Shown in pieces: positions 24,988 through 37,184 of a DNA stretch of 64,000 nucleotides. Source of the stretch: Thelocarpon superellum (lineage: Eukaryota); NCBI GenBank assembly GCA_026025795.1, contig JAPEUG010000038.1, positions 1 through 64,000 of the forward strand, in the 5' to 3' direction. Position 1 is the first letter of the stretch. Each line of letters opens with the position of its first letter. Position numbers and translations under genes: made by a program. The notes below the pieces were generated by a model. That model saw only the letters and a program-made list of their open reading frames with translations, ran no database searches and had not been told where the DNA came from.

Positions 24988-26514
24988 TCACGCACCGCAA
25001 CAGATCATCTTCATGAACTTCTGGAAGCCCGTCGGCTGCGGATCCAGTGCCGGCCGCGGATTGGTCGCCGTGGCCGAGGTGGGGCCCAGCTTGGGCGGCT
25101 GACTGTTCAGACGTGGCGGAAGATCGCGATTGCTGTTCTGGAACTGGGCCTGCGTCGAGGCCGTCGGCGTTATGACATCTGGATGGCCCCCCACCGCTCC
25201 GCTCTGACGTTTGGGTGGCACTGCGCCGGAGGCGCTTTGCCGCTCGCGCGTCTTGCCCACTCCCGGCTTGGCGGGAGATGGGGGCGGGGGCTGCGCGGCG
25301 TTTAAACGGGCGGTCGTGAGCTGTCCCTGCGACTGGCCTCTCGTCGTGCCGTGAATCTCGCGTTGTGACGAGTTCGGGAAGGCATTAGGCTGGTGCAGAT
25401 GATGCTGCGATGGATGCTGCTTGATGGCCTCCCACCCCTTGCCGTTGTTCAGCTTCATCCAGTCGTACTCGGCGTCCTCCACCTCGCCCGTGTTCTTCAG
25501 CGCCTGCGTGAACAGATCCCGCAGGTAGTCGTAGTCAGGCGTGTCCTCGAAGCCAAGATTTCGCACGTAGCTGAGATACTTGTTGAATTCCTCTGCCTGT
25601 CGTCAGTCTCATCGCTCATGCTCGCCCTCGCCGACGTCAGCCCCAACGTCGCTGCACGTACCCGGAAAGCCGTCGCAAAGATCCTTGATCGCCGTGGTCT
25701 GCTTCTTCTCGCCAATCTTCTCGTACTTTTGTTTGTTCGTGGCCGCCTTCAGGCCCTGCCAGGGTAGGCCGCCCCGCAGGAAGTACATAAAGACGTGGCC
25801 CAGCGCCTCGAGGTCATCTCGCCGCGACTGCTCCCGGCCCAGATGGGTGTTGATGCTCATGTATCGCGCGGTGCCCGACAAGGACTTCCGCTCACGGTAA
25901 GGAATGTGTTGCTTCGTCTTCGGGTCGCGATACTGCTTGGCCATGCCAAAGTCGACCACGTGAATCACGTTGGCCGTCTTCGATCCCGGCCGTCCGATGA
26001 GGAAATTGTCGGGCTTGATGTCACGGTAGATGAGGTTCTTCTCGTGAATCGTCTGGACGCGCGAGAGCATCTGCTTGGCGATCATGACGACCGTCTTGGT
26101 GGAGAAGCGTCGGTTGCAGTGGTCGAACAGGTCCTCGAGACTCGGCCCCAGCAGGTCGATGACCAGGATGTTGTGCAGGCCTTCTTGGCCAAAATAGTAG
26201 ACATTGGGAATGCCCGCTGGTGCCCGTTAGTCTCGCGAATTAAGCCAAGTGCGACGGCATCTCTTACGGCATCCGACGAGAATCTTGTACGTTCGGTACT
26301 CATCACGCAGCTGCGGTGCGTCACTCTTCCGCGGTTCCTTGCTAGGTCAGCACGAGACGATCACGAGATGGGCCGGACGACGCACGAATTTGATGGCCAC
26401 TTGCTGGTTGTTCAAGAGGTTCGTTCCTTCAAAGATGACGCCAAAAGATCCCTCGCCGATTTTCTTGCCGACGCGGTAGTGCACGCCGACGACGTTGGAC
26501 GAGGCCGACGCCAT
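24988..26514 (-). CDS. YCK1: Casein kinase I, membrane-anchored Yck1/Yck2 (Cki1/2) type; 4 exons
   Basis: [68 protein letters not shown], and a C-terminal ICCGA* di-Cys palmitoylation motif. Confidence 0.95.
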
Positions 26515-27324
26515 GATGGGGGGAGTGTTGAGCGTCGATTTCGAACGAACCGTTCCAGGGAAGGGAGGGAGTGCTGGATGGTCGAGACGATCCTGACCGT
26601 GTGAGATATGGGATGGGCCGTCACCCGCGTTCGTGTCGTGCCCCTGGCCAGCGAGGTGGGGCGACAAAATCTCTGACCACGACCGGCAGTGGCGGTGACG
26701 GAGAGCTTCGCCGCCTCCTCGAGGCAGCTCTCAGTCACCACGAGGGAGAAAAAAGGCGCAGCGGCAAGTGACAGGGACAGGCAGGTGGCGGTGGTCGTTT
26801 CAACCGCCGCCGTCGGGGTGAACGAGGTGTCGATGGCAGATGGCCAACGGCAGTCGACGGCAACGAGGGTCGGTGGGCGTACGGAGCCGTGGTGCCGTGT
26901 TCTGTCGATCTTTTCTTCAGCACCAAGAGCAGGGAAGGCGACGACGATCCGTAGCGGAGCCGGAGCGAGGGAGCACGCCCACGCCAGGAGACGAGCGTAG
27001 GCCGGCGGCGCGCCGTGGGGGGCTAAGCGACGCAGGACGCGATCAACGAGGGCAACGCTCTACCTGGACGAGGGGAGTAGAGCCAGGCCCCGTGGCCGTA
27101 CGTCGCGAGGGGGCTGAGGAGACGCCGAGGCCGACACAGAGGCGGACGCAGAGCGAGACGCTGGGACTTGAAGCGTCCAACTTGGATCGTGTGCGGCGTG
27201 CTAGGTGCGAGCGGTGACTGGAGCTTTGCTGGTTCGCCGGACCCACTGGCGCACTGGGACGCTGCATTATTTGCTGGCTGGTCCAATTCGTCCACTCGCC
27301 TTCTCCTGCTCTCGAGCGTTCGTT

Positions 27325-27356
27325 CGCTCGCTCGCTCGCTCGCTCGCTCGCTCGCT
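27325..27356. repeat. (CGCT)8 microsatellite upstream of casein kinase I
   Basis: Read directly from the sequence. Confidence 0.9.
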
Positions 27357-28382
27357 CTACCTCTGCGCTGTTCTCTACTGCGTCTCCGACCGCGAAGCGA
27401 AGGGGCAGCGCCCCGGCTGACTGGTCGGGGCCCTCCTCGTAACTGTCATAGTCGCGGGGCTAGCCGCGAGGGAAACTCGGTTCCGCATGAGAGAAGCATC
27501 GCCCCCAACAAGAAAAGCGCAGTGGACAAGCCTCGGTGGCTGCGCTCCCAGGAACCGGGGTGGGGACTATCTCGGCATGGTACTTCATCATCCCCGTGAC
27601 TGTCTTCGATCGGAGGTACGCCGAAGATCGTGCCCGGACAGACACCGGTCCTCTCATGATCTTGAGACGAAGTACCTTCGAACCTTCGAATGTCCACTCG
27701 GCATATCCTCCCTCGGCCGACGGCGCCGTACCCCGTGCCCGACCAGCGCAGCCCCCCGTCTTCGTGGCTGCCGAGTTGGCCGTGTGGTCGTGTGGTAGGT
27801 GGACCCACGATGCGCGAGGAATTCGGACCAGTCGGCCCATCCGATTCAGCCGTCGTGCAGCTCGATGCATGCTTGCTGGCCCAAGCTACCTTGACTAGGC
27901 AGTATGATGATGTGGGCGAGGCCGCATTCCTCTCGATCGGCCGCCCAATCACCACCCGACGCGGTAGCGGAGACGTTCGCCGGTCATCGGCACAGTGTAG
28001 AAGGGTGCATCGCGCCGCGTCCTGCATCTGTCAGGAAGTCTTCGTTCGCCGTACTTTCTGCGGCGCAGTGATGCGGTCATCTATGGCAAGCACACCGGGA
28101 CGCATGCCCGCCGTGCCCCGTCGCACACGCAGTCCTGCACCGAATGCCTGGTTCATACCCGAGGTGAGACCCAGGGTTCTAGACAACGGGAGCAATGCTA
28201 TGTGTCACCGTCGCGTGGACCAATCATCAAGGGATGTTGCCCGCAAGAGGCTCAGTGGTTCTTTGTACGCATACGATCGGACCTGCGGCGGGATCAAGAA
28301 TGTCATCGCTTGACCATTCGGCCTGCCCCCCATGTCATTTATGAGTAGATACATGTAGAAGTAACGCCCGCCCATGTTGGTG

Positions 28383-31300
28383 TCACGGGCCGGCGGAGAA
28401 GCCCTCCGCGCCCGCCTCAATCGTATGTCCGTTGGCCAAAGCTTTAGGGGGGCCTTCGATGGCCTCTTCGATGCTGCCCAGACGAGTCATCGCTTGTTCC
28501 TCGGCCATCAGCTCCGAGTGCACGCTCTTCTGCGCCGCGGCCACGATGCCCGCGTACCACTCCTCCAGCCGGCCCTTCTCGATGTATCGTTGCAGGGCCG
28601 CGTCTTCCTGCCGCACGTCAGCCGCCACCGGTTCGCCAAGGTCGTCCGGGAACCGCTCGTGCAGCTCGTCCGCCGTGCACCCCGCGCCCACGACCTCCGA
28701 CGGGCGCAGCAGCCGCACCCGGGAGACTAGGGCGGACGCGTCCTCGTCGCTCGGCGCGAAAACCACGCCTCGCACGCGCGGACGCATAGACGCGCCATGG
28801 CGATAGCACGCCTGCAGCGTCGTGAAGAGCGCCGTCCCCCGCGTCGCTTGCTCCAGCGCGCCATCGTCCTGGAGCTGCGTCTGGTTGATGGCGTCCCACC
28901 GATCGCGGATCATGCACCGCCGCCACACCATCTTCTCGCTCAATTCCACGGCCGCCGGCGAATCCCCACGACACGAGGCCAACGCCCGCAGCGCCAGGAA
29001 GAAGGCGCGGCCGGTGACACTGTCGCTCTGCGCGCCAGGGTGGCGGTCGTCCATCAGACTGAGCATGTCGGTGAGCTGCCAGACGCCGAGCACTCGACGG
29101 GCCACCAGATCCGTAAGCGCCTGCTCCAGAATGGTGGTCAGTGCGGGCTTGCCCGCCACGACGCGCGTGCCCACGGCCGACATGGCGAGCTCCACCGCCG
29201 CTTTCTCGTCCAAGGCTCCGTGTAGCGCGGGCGCAACGTGATCCGCCAGCTGGCGCTGGATGTCGATCAGCGTGAGCTCATCGTCGATCCACCCCGTCCG
29301 TTTGGCCTCTGATGCTAGGCCTGGCGCATCGTCCTGCACTGCCGCCAAGCGGGCTAGCTTGCCCACGCTCAGCTCCATCTTCTTGCTCCACAGATCGGAT
29401 TCCTTGGCCCGCGCGTAATCCAGGATGGTCTGCCCCGCCGTCGCATAGTCGCGCTCCACCGCGACGTCATTCATCCAGCTGAGCTTGGCGTAGGCCGGAT
29501 TCGCCCGTAGGAAGCGCGTCAGATATTGGGGCCATTCCTCGAAGTCATGCATCAGCTCCGCCAGCTTGCCGTGCACGATTTGAGCGGAGAAGAGCGCGTG
29601 GGCCCAGGCGTCGCCGAAGCGCGTGAAGTTGTTGTCGACACGGTCTTGGAGCGCCGACAGCCGATCCTCGAGCTGCGCAGCCTCGTCCTGGCTGACCCCG
29701 TACGCGTTGGCGCGCTCGGCGACGCGGGTGATTTCTTCCGCCAACAGGTGCACGAGGGTCGGCATGTCTCGATACTGCTCCGCGAGAGCCATGGCCTCGT
29801 CCGTCAGATCGAGCGACGAGAGCTTCCCAATCTGGATCCCCCGGAGCGTCTGGTGGAACTCGCGGAGCTTCCGGCCCTCCAGCTGCTGCCGCTCGCCCTC
29901 CTGTCCCATCAACCAGCGCGCGCGTTCCTCGTACAGCTGACAGCAGACGTGCACGTGGGGAATCGTCTCAAGCCGGATCTTGTTGATGACGGCGGGATCG
30001 GGTGCGCCGTCGGCGGCGGGCTTACCCCAGTATGAGATGGCAAACTCGCGGGCGAGGTCGACGAGGGACTTGGTCGTGGTGACGGCGAGCTTGTGAGAGG
30101 TCCAGACCTCGGGAAAGCCCTCGTAGCCCTCCTGTAAGACTCCATCCACCAGCCGCTCGTCGGCCAGGTCATAGAGCGCCAGGTTCTCTTGGCGGAAGCG
30201 AAAGGCCGTCTCCAGGGCGCCGATGGAGATGTCGTTGGCCTCGCTGACCAGGCCGGCCAGGGTGGGGTAGTCCTGCTGTTGCGTCCGCTGGATCTCCGAT
30301 ACGGACTGGTAGGCCCAGATAACGAGGTATTGGGTGCGCACCACGTTCCGCTGGAACCAATGCCGCACGCGGTCGAACTCGCCCAGCGCCTCGTCGGCTT
30401 GCTCGTTCAGGTTCTCGTTCATCATGTCTATGGCCTGCGCGAGCAAGGCTTGCTCCTTGCCGGTCGTGCGCCCGCGAATGCGCGCGTCGTACAGTCGCCA
30501 CACGGTCCGCGCCGCGGCTAGTTTCTCCGCGTGCCACAGCAATTGCCAGCGGAAGAGGCGCGTCAGGGGCGGGTAGGTCTCCCGGATATGATTCGCCAGC
30601 TGCCGCAGGGCGACGGCACGCTGTTTGAGTTGTTGGTCCATTGATGGTGTCACGAGGTTGATGGCCTTGGAGCGCGAGTCCAGGATGGCGAGACTGACGC
30701 GTAGGGCGGCCGCCTCCACCTCGGACCCGTCCACTTCTACCTCGGCACGACCGCTGAAATTAAGGGGATTCTGCACATCGCCTCCGTATTGCACCGCTTG
30801 CTCGATCTGGCTCTGCACGCTGTCGGCGTCGACTGCCTGCGGGTCATCCGGCGGCTCGTAAGCGGCTAGGCGCAGCACGCCGTATCCCTGCAGCAGCAGC
30901 ACACAGCCAGGATCTTTGGTGCGGCGACGATGATTCTTGACGTCCTCCATCACCAGCGCATTTGCGTCGCGGCCGTCTTCAGGCCCGGCGCCGACGATGG
31001 CGAGATCCAGATCATGCCGGAAGTCGACCACATCTTCAAAGGGCCGCGGCGGAGGCTGCGTGTCTGCGAGGAGCTGCTGGTCGGGAGACTCCGTCGGCCA
31101 GTTGAGATGGGCGACGAGGACGGCGCGGTCGAAGACGATGAAGCCCGTGTGACCCGGGTTGGGTACGAACAGCCGAGGTGGGAGAGTGCCGTCGCGGCGT
31201 AGCCGGGTGGTGTAGGCGTGGATGGTGTGAATCGGGCGTGCGGTGATATTGGCCTCGGCGACGGTGAGCTCCAGAATAGCATAGGCCGAAGAGGAAGATC

Positions 31301-32643
31301 CCGTTACAGCCACGAGAAGCAGTAGGGACACAAAGTCCGACGGAAAGGCGAGGTCCGCTTCGGGACTCTTTCGGAGTCGTGGCGAAAAGGTGAAGTCGAG
31401 CACTTCGAAATCGTCTTCTGTCTTTCCTTCCAAGGCCACCTTGGCTCGTTTGATGGCAGTCACGATGTCATCCCGGGCATCAATCTCCGTTTGTAGCACG
31501 TGATGGCCACCGCGGTGTAGCTGCCAGAGCTGCAGCATGCCCTTGGCTGTCGCCACCCCCACCGTTCGCTCTCCCTTCTTGGCCGGCCCGGAGCGAACGG
31601 CGACCACGTCGCGTCGCCAGGCACCGGCGGTGAAGACCTGGCGGAGACCGGCAAAGAGTCCTCCGCCCGTCGCCGGGCTGGCATGCTTGAGGAAGGTCAC
31701 TGCCACCGCCGGCCGACCATGGCCATCACGTAAGCTAAGTAGGGCAATACGCCCGCTGCTGAAGCTAAGGGTGAAGCCGGCAGGCTCGGCGTTCTCGACT
31801 TGCACGACGACCTCGCCGGACAGGAGGCTACCCACCGAGCCCTCAACCCCGAGGCGCTGCTGGCGAATGAGGTCAAGCGCGGCGGCACTGGTGATAGACT
31901 CCCAGTAGGTGATCTTGCCGGTTGAAGGCATGACCACGACCAAGCCGGGCTCGACTGTGGCGGTCGACGCAGTGACGAGCGCACCCAGCGGAAGGGGATC
32001 GGACGAGTTCTTTGAGGGATACGGCAGGGTGAACGAGAAGGTCTCGGGCGACGGGGCCGTGCTTGTGTAAGGCCAGACGAGGGCGTGGGTGGCGGTGAGC
32101 GCGACAGCATACGAGGCATCGCCGAACACGCCGCCCTGATATGAGTCTAAAGGCCATCAATTTACGCGCCTGGCGGGAACAGAATGATTGACGAACCCTG
32201 TGGATTACTTCGGATGTGGTCGGGCAGGGCTGGAAGCCTCGTGACGACATACTGGCTGTTCTTGGTCTGCTCGACGCATGGCACACATCAGAACCGTGCG
32301 CGCACGACACGCAAGCTACACTCACCAGGACCACGCTCCCATCGCCATCTCCACCTCGCTCCCGGGTCTTCTTGGTCCCTCTCACGGGGATGTCGATATC
32401 GATGCTTCCGCCTCTGGGTAGTACGGAGACGGAGCCGTTTGGCGCGGGGACAGTTGGCTGGGTCTGCTCAGGGTCGTCGGCGGCGGTGGCGGGCTTGACA
32501 AAGGTGTCGGCGTGGATGGCGCTCCGTTGTCGCTTGGCCTTGGGTAAAGATACTCCATTCTCATCAGAGTGGTTCCTTTGTCGCCGTCGCGGGTTGCGTG
32601 ACGAGGAGATGGACGGCGTCAGCGACGCCTGAGGGCCGAACAT
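28383..32643 (-). CDS. NUP133: Nucleoporin Nup133; at least 3 exons
   Basis: N-terminus RNPRRRQR...PKAKRQRSAI, ALTATHALVWPY, PLPLGALV...EPGLVVVMPSTGKITYWESI (beta-propeller), helical C-half LAEQYRDMPTLV, YAKLSWMNDV, KKMELSVGKL and VWRRCMIRDRW. Two introns lie between 32140 and 32325. Confidence 0.9.
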
Positions 32644-33483
32644 GACGGCCTACAGCGAGCGACCCAGGCTGGGGAGACAGGCGACAACCATGGGCCGAGG
32701 CACGCGTCACCGTGCGACGAGGAAAGGCCGGCGATGAAGGTAGGCTGCTGATGACGTGAGGGAAGAAAGGGAAGGGATTGAAAGACCAGTGATCATGGTC
32801 GGGTCGACGTGGTATTGTTGATTTTGCGGATCGCCCTACCACTTTTCCCGGAGCTTTGGAGCTAAGCGACCGGCTGGCTGTTCACCCACCCGGTGCAGCA
32901 CGGCGCAGGTCGATGTGGACTACGAATCTTCGGCTTCGACCATCACATCACCCGACCGATTCCGAAGAGCGCTGAGTCACGATCAAACCGAGGAACGGAG
33001 AACCAGACTCAGTGGTGCCAACTCTGAGGCAGGCCAGTTGGCTGCACGATCCGCCAAAGACTTCGGTCAAATTGGGTCCTACGCCTACGGGTGCCCTACC
33101 ACAGAGTATTCGTAGTCTTACACTGCCAGCTTCATGTTTACCTTGCACGCACGTAAGCAGCTTTCAATCACGGTTCCGGGCCACTGCTGTCCCACTCCGC
33201 CAAAGTGTAGCTTTGGCCGTCTTGTGTTTATTTAGGGGTGGGGGATAGCGGCGTTTACTGGGTTCGCCAGGTCCTACGCTCTGGGTAGAGTAAACTCAAG
33301 GAAGAATTGATCATGTCCCCTTTCCGATCTTGCGAAACGATCACTGGTACGTCAACCAAACAACAATCAATTGTTCCTTCTACGCAAGCCACCCGATGCA
33401 TCGCCCAGTGACCCCCTTCATGCTCCGATGTCCATCTGTCCGATTGTATCTGTCCGGTGGGTTTGCGCGTCCGTTGCCGTCTC

Positions 33484-34532
33484 TCAAAGCTGGACGTCGT
33501 TATTTAGCAGTCTCACCTCCTCGCCAGGCTTGAAAGCCGGAAGACCGATGTAAGGGCAGCCATCACATCGAAAAGCATCGCCCAACGCACAACTACCGCA
33601 ACTACCAACCTGGCCCTCCACCGTGAAATCGACTTCGGCCAAGTCATTCGCCCCAAGCCTCAGGGTCTGGAGGGCCTGGTCGGCAGCAGAACGCTTCGAT
33701 GAGTCTTCCTTCTCGAGTCGCTCTTTCAGCCCACACGTGCAATCTTTGCAGGCCCGCCGTCGCTTGCCGGACTTGGGTCGACAGTCGGCAGCTATGGCGT
33801 CAACGGGTCAGCATGTGCGGGAGGGCGATGAAGGAGAGGGCATCCCTCACGTTGAATGATTGGACGCGCCAGATCCTCCTCGTCGAGGAGGGTGTTCTCA
33901 TCAATAAGTTCCTCACCATCGTCGCCCTCCATGATGGGTTCATCGAAGTCGTCGCTGAAGTCGACAAAATCAACCCCCCGCGGCTTCGCTTGTTCCAACT
34001 CTCCACTCTTCCTTTTTGCAGTGGCCGGCGTAACCGTGTCGACAGCCGGCGCCCTCTTCTTGAATCGCAAAGGAACGGGTTGGATCGCCTGGCTTGCGGG
34101 CTTGACCATGCCTTTCGGCCCCTCCCACAGAAGCCCGGCCAGCACAGCTTCACGTCGCGTCGGGCTGTCAGGGTCCTGCGCCAAGATGCCATCCTGACTT
34201 CGTATTGCGGCCCTGGGCTTCATTGACTGGACAATTCTCGATAGCGACTCGCGTCCCAGGAGGGTGGTGGCCTCTTGTTCCGTGCCGTCGACAGCGCTCA
34301 GCACCAGGACCAAGTCGTACGTCGCGCTCGGGAGGTTGACCAGTCCGAGCGACAGTCGATCGAGCATCTGGATATCGGTCATGGACCGGTCGTGCGCAGC
34401 CGAGACGCGGTTGAGGGCTTCGGGATGCGAGGAGAGTGAAGGTGGGGCGAGGAGGAGGGTCCGGCTCCCCGCCAAACCAGCGTTGGTCGACAGGTCCGAT
34501 GCGGTATCAGTCAAGACCACCGACGGAGCCAT
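33484..34532 (-). CDS. DRE2: Fe-S cluster assembly protein Dre2 (anamorsin/CIAPIN1); 2 exons
   Basis: [13 protein letters not shown]...DIQMLDRL N-domain. After an intron at about 33792-33850 come C...[12 protein letters not shown] and [31 protein letters not shown], ending NNDVQL*. Confidence 0.95.
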
Positions 34533-35965
34533 CTTTCTCGCGGTGGTGTCTTTGGTCCACTTATCTTGAGATGGCGAAGTCAAGACGTTTAGATGTGGTG
34601 ATGTGATGTCGTGCCCCACGATCACGGTCACATCGTGCAAGAAAGTCGTTCTTGGTAAGCCACTTTTTCTCGCGTCACGGTGTCATCGGCCGTACGAGGC
34701 GAAGCGAGACGGGGAATGCCGCGTGCAGGTGGGGACCCTCGATGCTGAAGCATGACGAGGGCCCATAACCACTCACGCGAGGAAAGAAGGCCCTGCTTTG
34801 AGCAGTCGACAAACCGAATTCTTCAATTGCATGACGCAGACCTGTTGGCCAACGAGACGTGGCCAATTCTGAAGATCATAACCACGGGTAAGATTGAACT
34901 CTGTACACCACGGGACCCTTTGTGGTACCCGTTGAATGCAAGCAGCCCTTCGTCCGGCGGTGTACCCCTGACTTGGGGGTCATGTGGCATATCGTCCGAA
35001 ACGTGGAGGCAGACTGCACTTCCCCCACAGCTGCAAGAGCAATCCAGGCCCGCTAATGCTTGTCTGCCACGACTATATTTTCTGGACCACGAGAGGCCCA
35101 CCCGATCACATGACTGACGTTTGCTGGTAGCAATTACAACATTGGACGAGATGATCCACCGTCATACAGTGCTACTGTTCTCGCAAAGCCTAGGCCGGCT
35201 CCTAGCCCGCCGCGTAGCCCTCGGGAGACTCGCCGAGTGGACCCTTTGAGTGGGGCGTCGAGTACGAGGACTCGTACCCATACCCCGTAGAATGGTCACG
35301 GATGCGTCCTGCCTCAGCTGCGCTCGCTGGAGGATTGGAGTTTCGGCTGAGGGCGCTAGTACCCCGCATTACTTCACAGGGACGACAATGGCGAGTAGTC
35401 CTACGTAAGAGCGCAGCGACTCATGCAGGCGCTGCCGGCAGCTCGCGTGAGCTTCCCGCAGCGACCTGGGGCGACTCCTCGGATAGTACGGGCCCTTGTA
35501 CTGCTATTCACTACAAGGGACGCTCAAGACCGCGAGGGGACCTGGCCGAGCCTGACCTGGCCTGGCCTTACATGACCTGACCTCCTCCCTTCCCATCCCA
35601 TTCTTCCCTCCTTTCGTCACATACTCTCCACCCATCACCCAAATATTACACCCACCGGTATGTGACCCTCCCTCTACTCCGTGTTCCGGCTCGTTCCTTG
35701 CCTCCAGGTGGATCGGCCGATGCCCCTGCGTGGGCCATGACGACGATGATCCGAGCTCCGTTCTGGTCACGCGAGAGACCCCATAAATTACTCGAGGGTG
35801 CACGAGAGAGGCAACGACGCAATGACTTTAGAAGAAAGGCTGACGACGTCGCTGTTCTGTGTAGATACCGTCTTACATCTACCCTTCAACCTCCCCTACG
35901 TTTGACACTCTACTCGTCGACTAGCCTCACACTCACTTCACCCTCCCAAAAGCACGACTTCAACC

Positions 35966-36505
35966 AGTAAGCCATCACCTGTCATCTCGTCATCCTCCAT
36001 CGATGGATGTGTTGACCCCGCGGCAGTGACCCGTTCTCACAAGCTCAACGACCGTGACCACGTTGGCTTGGCCGATGGCTCGGCGGGCCCGGAGGAGCAT
36101 CTCCCCCGCTACTTTGGCAAGACCGGGCACGTCGACGCCGACCGCAACAAGACCAAGAAGGATGGCGGCGGAAAAGGCAATTGGTGAGGCACCTTTCCGC
36201 CACGCATGATTCCCCGCCCAGGTCAGACTAACAACGTCTCTAGGGGACGATCCGGCGATGAACTGCAAGACTACTCGTACAACCTGACCAACCCACGCCG
36301 CCGCTCCAACAGCAGCAGCCACGGGCCGGGGTTCAACTTCACAACCAAGTTCGAGACCCATGAGCCCGAGCCCGTCTTTGAAGAGGAAATCCATGGTCCG
36401 GTGTATCAGGATGCCTCCATTGGCGAACCCCTCGACAAAGAAGAGACGGCCGATAGCGCGAGCCGAGGCAGTGTGGAGGAAGAGGAACATGCGAAGAAGG
36501 TCTAG
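35966..36505 (+). CDS. STF2/TMA10-like (Habp4/PAI-RBP1 family) small hydrophilic protein; start codon split by an intron
   Basis: A(35966), intron 35967-36026, then TG gives MTRSHKLNDRDH...PRYFGKTGHVDAD..KTKKDGGGKGNW. Intron 36184-36243 precedes GRSGDEL...RRRSNSSS...KFE...EPVFEEEIHGP. Probable 5'UTR intron 35658-35864. Confidence 0.85.
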
Positions 36506-37184
36506 CCTGGCGTTGGCGGAGGGGTTGGGGCAGGCGTACATGATGGGTGATATGTGGTAGCTGTCATTATGCTGGCGATTGCGGTGGCAGGAGCGGAGAT
36601 GGAGGGAGGCAGCGAGAGCCAGCATGGCTTGCTTGCTTGCTTGCTTGCTCGTCCTTCATAATACAACACAACACCAAGCTGATGCTGATGCTGATGATAG
36701 CTCAAGCCAATATCACTGGAATCCAGCCCAACCAATAATTCAAAATCAAATCAGCTCAATCATTCGATCGACTCAAGTGCTCAAAATCAGGGGACGAATA
36801 TAAGCTGAGACGGAGCAGAGGATGAGCACCAAGTGGAGATGGAGCGGCACATGAATAATAAGTTGAGTAGGCTGGAGGATTTTCCTCCCCATCTTACAAG
36901 ACGAGTGATGTGCAGCTTACAGTGTGGTGTAGTGTAGTGCAGCATAGTGCAGCGTACTGTAAAAGCAGAGGACAGCAAAATGCCAAGCCGACTCTGACTC
37001 GAGCCAAGATTCATCCATCCTCCCCAACCCAGCTCACTCCAACCGAGGAGAACACCGCGTGGTACCTCATACGCATACGCCAAGCAGAGTAAGTAAAGCC
37101 AGGCCGAGCCTCTCCACACCGCCGCACCTTCTAGTCCAGTCCGGTCCGGTCCAGTCAAGCCCGGTTTGGCAGGCAGCTGGCAGC

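Noticed and set aside
24300..28380. Many overlapping 100-240 aa ORFs flanking casein kinase I
   Set aside because: Low-complexity Arg/Pro/Gly translations typical of GC-rich UTR and promoter DNA, with no domain signatures.
35658..35864. Intronic C/D snoRNA in the STF2-like 5'UTR intron
   Set aside because: The box C match is imperfect, the CTGA coincides with the branch point, and no terminal stem was seen.
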